Part shown: one piece after another, positions 24,920 through 27,296 of the stretch
How positions within the stretch are numbered: the first letter of the stretch is position 1
Layout of the letters: each line of letters begins with the position of its first letter
IMG/VR virus record: IMGVR_UViG_3300023293_000077
Span: 1 to 27,296 of that record
Origin: a virus
Lineage: Duplodnaviria; Caudoviricetes
Length of the DNA stretch: 27,296 nt
Reading direction: 5' to 3' (one strand)
Position numbers and translations under genes: made by a program
The notes under the pieces: model-generated
What the model was told of the DNA's origin: nothing
What the model saw: the letters and a program-made list of their open reading frames with translations, nothing else
Database searches by the model: none

Positions 24920-25104
24920 AAATTGACGCGCTCGAGGCCCTGACAAACGCAATCATCGGCCTTTGCGTCTCATGGGCCGCAACCGTCTATGTGTTGGGGT
25001 TCTCGCCATCTCAATCAGCAGCAATCACCGCCATGTTCTTCGCGCTGTCATTTACACGCGCTTGGATACTCAGGGCGATATTCAGAAAGGTAGGGCGAGC
25101 ATGA
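24916..25104 (+). CDS. Small two-TM membrane protein
   Basis: EALTN..IG...S and R.W.LR.IF pattern. Coupled. Confidence 0.55.
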   Translation: MKIDALEALTNAIIGLCVSWAATVYVLGFSPSQSAAITAMFFALSFTRAWILRAIFRKVGRA

Positions 25105-25280
25105 CACTCAAAGCAATCAACGGCAGCGGCAGGCAAGAGGACATCGCAGACAGCCTTGCCGACGCAATTAAGGATTTAATATACGAGCGGGCTGGGCCGG
25201 GAATGTCGGTCGCGCTGGCTATCGGCATTCTAAAAATCTGCAAAGCTGAAATAATGTTGGAGTCCATGGATGGCGAGTAA
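25101..25280 (+). CDS. Hypothetical protein (59 aa)
   Basis: ATGA coupling. Confidence 0.5.
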   Translation: MTLKAINGSGRQEDIADSLADAIKDLIYERAGPGMSVALAIGILKICKAEIMLESMDGE

Positions 25281-25815
25281 AGCACAAAGACGCCGCAACA
25301 AGCGCCGCGCAAACGATCACACAGACGTTCCAGAGGTGTCTGGGGGCCAAGTGCTGCAACTCCGCGCCGTGGCGAAGCGGAAAAGCAACAAGCCCACGCC
25401 TGAGCGCCAAAGCAACAAGCCCACGCCTGAGCGCCAAAGCAGGGGCGTATGGGTAAAAGGCAAAGAGTACCAGCCAGACGTTGACAGAGCGTCAGACATG
25501 GCGGGCGTCCTGTACCACAAGCGCGAGATAAACCAAGCGCAACTCGAAGCGGCAAGGGCGTTTCAGGAAGTTCGCGCCGCTTACGTTGCTGAGATCGGCA
25601 CGTTTGGCTATAAATCCTGCCTTGCAGGCGGTTTTGGCGGGCATGACGAAAGCGACGGCAACCCCGAAGTGTTCAAGGCATACCGACATTTCACGCGCCC
25701 CTTAGCAAAGCAGCAACTTCGTGCGCTGGAAGTCGGGCTTGATATGTCGCCAGATGAAGCGGGTAGATTGATCGTTTGGAAAATACGCAATGCGCTAAAA
25801 GCGTTGGTGGCTTGA
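25270..25815 (+). CDS. Putative late-transcription regulator (Q-like position)
   Basis: Last gene of the early-right operon, directly followed by a promoter-like sequence. Function from position only. Confidence 0.45.
   Translation: MASKAQRRRNKRRANDHTDVPEVSGGQVLQLRAVAKRKSNKPTPERQSNKPTPERQSRGVWVKGKEYQPDVDRASDMAGVLYHKREINQAQLEAARAFQEVRAAYVAEIGTFGYKSCLAGGFGGHDESDGNPEVFKAYRHFTRPLAKQQLRALEVGLDMSPDEAGRLIVWKIRNALKALVA
25382..25441 (+). repeat. Perfect 27-bp tandem duplication (SNKPTPERQ x2)
   Basis: AAAGCAACAAGCCCACGCCTGAGCGCC twice plus AAAGCA. Confidence 0.95.
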
Positions 25816-25841
25816 CAACACGTCACAAATCAGTCTATTTT
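25812..25841 (+). promoter_or_regulatory. Putative late promoter (pR'-like)
   Basis: TTGACA-N18-TATTTT overlapping the stop of the Q-position gene. Confidence 0.5.
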
Positions 25842-26022
25842 GACACCAATCGAATTGCGTCTTGCAGAAATGCACGGCGTTTTTTGCGTTTAACCCACAC
25901 TTTCAGCCCTCCTGAACGGCGAACCCCCGCAGCCGTCATCGCTACCAATGCGCGCAAGCGTCAACGCTGGGGCTGGGTCGTTTTCACACGGCGAATTGGT
26001 GGCGCGGGGATAAGGAGCCAAC

Positions 26023-26112
26023 ATGAGTAAATCCGCACTAGAAAAGCCGTGGCCAGCCGATAAGGTCGAGCGCCGCAAGGTTGCAGTGGAATCTTGTGAT
26101 GAAAAAGGCTAA
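26023..26112 (+). pseudogene. Orphan N-terminus of a ParB-methyltransferase-type gene (MSKSALEKPWPADKVERRKV...)
   Basis: Strong TAAGGAG RBS. WPADKVERR is recalled as the N-terminal motif that precedes L.PYARNARTH in alphaproteobacterial homologs. Confidence 0.5.
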
Positions 26113-26186
26113 TATTTAATCGACCCGACGGAGTGTTGTAGCACTCGACGCCGGGTCTAACCAAGACGATCACGGAAGGATCGAAT

Positions 26187-26711
26187 ATGGCTGATTCAAC
26201 AAATACACCCGCAGAGGTTTGGCGGGCAATCCCAAACTTCACTGACTATTCTGTATCAAGCACTGGTCGCGTAATGCGAACAGCTGGCGGCAAGGGTGCA
26301 AAGCCCATGCGGATAATAAAACAATCCAAAGATCAAGGCGGGCGCTTGGTTTTCAACGCAAGCATGAGTGGAAAGGTTAAGCAGTTAAAAGTTCATAGGG
26401 CAGTGGCATTTGCATTTATCGGGCCTTGCCCAGAGGGGCACGAGGTCGCTCATCTTGACGGGAATCAAGAAAACAACTGTGTTGTGAATTTATCCTACTC
26501 AACGCCTGTCGAAAATAACGGGCATAAGCGAGCGCACGGCACTCAGCCAATGGGCAGCGATATACACTGCGCAAAGCTACGCGAATCAGATGTGGCCTCA
26601 ATTCGCAGGCAATATCCTAAAAAGTCATATGCGGTTCTGGCAAAAGAACATGGCGTAAGCGTTAATTCAATAGTGCAAGTAGTAAAAAGAATAAGCTGGA
26701 AGCATATATGA
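26187..26711 (+). CDS. NUMOD4-HNH homing endonuclease
   Basis: EVWRAIP..DYSVSSTGRV (NUMOD4) and VHRAVA.AF...V.HLDGN..NN...NL....EN (HNH). Visibly AT-richer than the flanks. Confidence 0.9.
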   Translation: MADSTNTPAEVWRAIPNFTDYSVSSTGRVMRTAGGKGAKPMRIIKQSKDQGGRLVFNASMSGKVKQLKVHRAVAFAFIGPCPEGHEVAHLDGNQENNCVVNLSYSTPVENNGHKRAHGTQPMGSDIHCAKLRESDVASIRRQYPKKSYAVLAKEHGVSVNSIVQVVKRISWKHI

Positions 26712-27296
26712 GCCTAGAAATTGAATACCGCGCAATCGATTCTTTGGTGCCATATATTCGCAATGCGCGGACTCACAGCGATGCTCAGGTCGCGCAGATC
26801 GCAGCGAGTATCAAAGAATTCGGATTCACTAACCCTATCCTGGTTGATGGTGATAACGGCATCATCGCAGGTCACGGGAGGCTTGCAGCGTCACGCCAGC
26901 TGGGGTTGGGTGAGGTTCCTGTCATTGAATTGGCGCATTTATCAAAGGCTCAAAAGCAGGCGCTAATTCTGGCCGACAACAAGCTGGCACTTAACGCGGG
27001 TTAAGATGATGACGCGCTCAAGATTGAATTGGCTGAGTTGGGTGATCTGGATTTTGACCTGACGCTGACGGGTTTTGACGTGGATGAACTTGCAGGGCTG
27101 ACGGCAACGGAAACCGAGGGGCTGACGGACGAGGATGCGGTGCCTGATGCGCCGGAGGTGCCTGTCACTGTTGAGGGCGATGTGTGGCTGTTGGGCAAGC
27201 ACAGATTGATGTGCGGTGACTCGACCAGCCTTGACCACATGGAGGTTCTCACGCAGAGACAACTTGTGGACATGTGGCTGACAGATCCTCCCTATA
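26708..27296 (+). pseudogene. ParB-N + DNA methyltransferase gene interrupted by in-frame TAA (27002-27004); runs off the window end
   Basis: PYIRNARTHS...IIAGHGRL...ADNKLALNAG* then the same frame continues DDDALKIEL...GDVWLLGKHRLMCGDS...TDPPY. Confidence 0.85.

Noticed and set aside
25880-26020. Possible tRNA at the start of the late region
   Set aside because: No T-loop GTTCRA or cloverleaf recognisable.
1-27296. Second VR target for the DGR
   Set aside because: No further copy of the TR scaffold (CCGATCCGTGGCGGC ... GGCTTTCGCCCCGC) noticed by eye. A BLASTn of the TR against the whole genome is needed to exclude remote targets.

Overview
About 27 kb of a long-tailed (siphovirus-like) phage or prophage with lambdoid gene order, probably infecting an alphaproteobacterium (it carries a GapR/DUF2312 homolog). 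Left to right: tape measure and tail-tip genes; a complete diversity-generating retroelement (DGR); a GH108 endolysin/holin/spanin lysis cassette and terminator; a leftward recombination operon; a very compact divergent switch; a rightward operon with methyltransferases, GapR, RusA-like resolvase and an iteron-bearing replication initiator; a putative late promoter; a NUMOD4-HNH endonuclease; and a ParB-methyltransferase interrupted by a stop. The DGR is the best-supported system. It has an Mtd-like target (VR 8110-8228), a GRNA-loop hairpin, avd, TR (8656-8774), a structured spacer and an RT, and 12 of 13 VR/TR mismatches fall on TR adenines. DGRs are a known class. What looks unusual is the context: two back-to-back promoters with 17-bp operators but no repressor gene between them, no integrase at the lysis/early junction, a G-U-rich helix that can clamp the TR RNA, and canonical EF-hand loops in the tape measure protein. 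All family calls come from motif recognition by eye; no searches were run.
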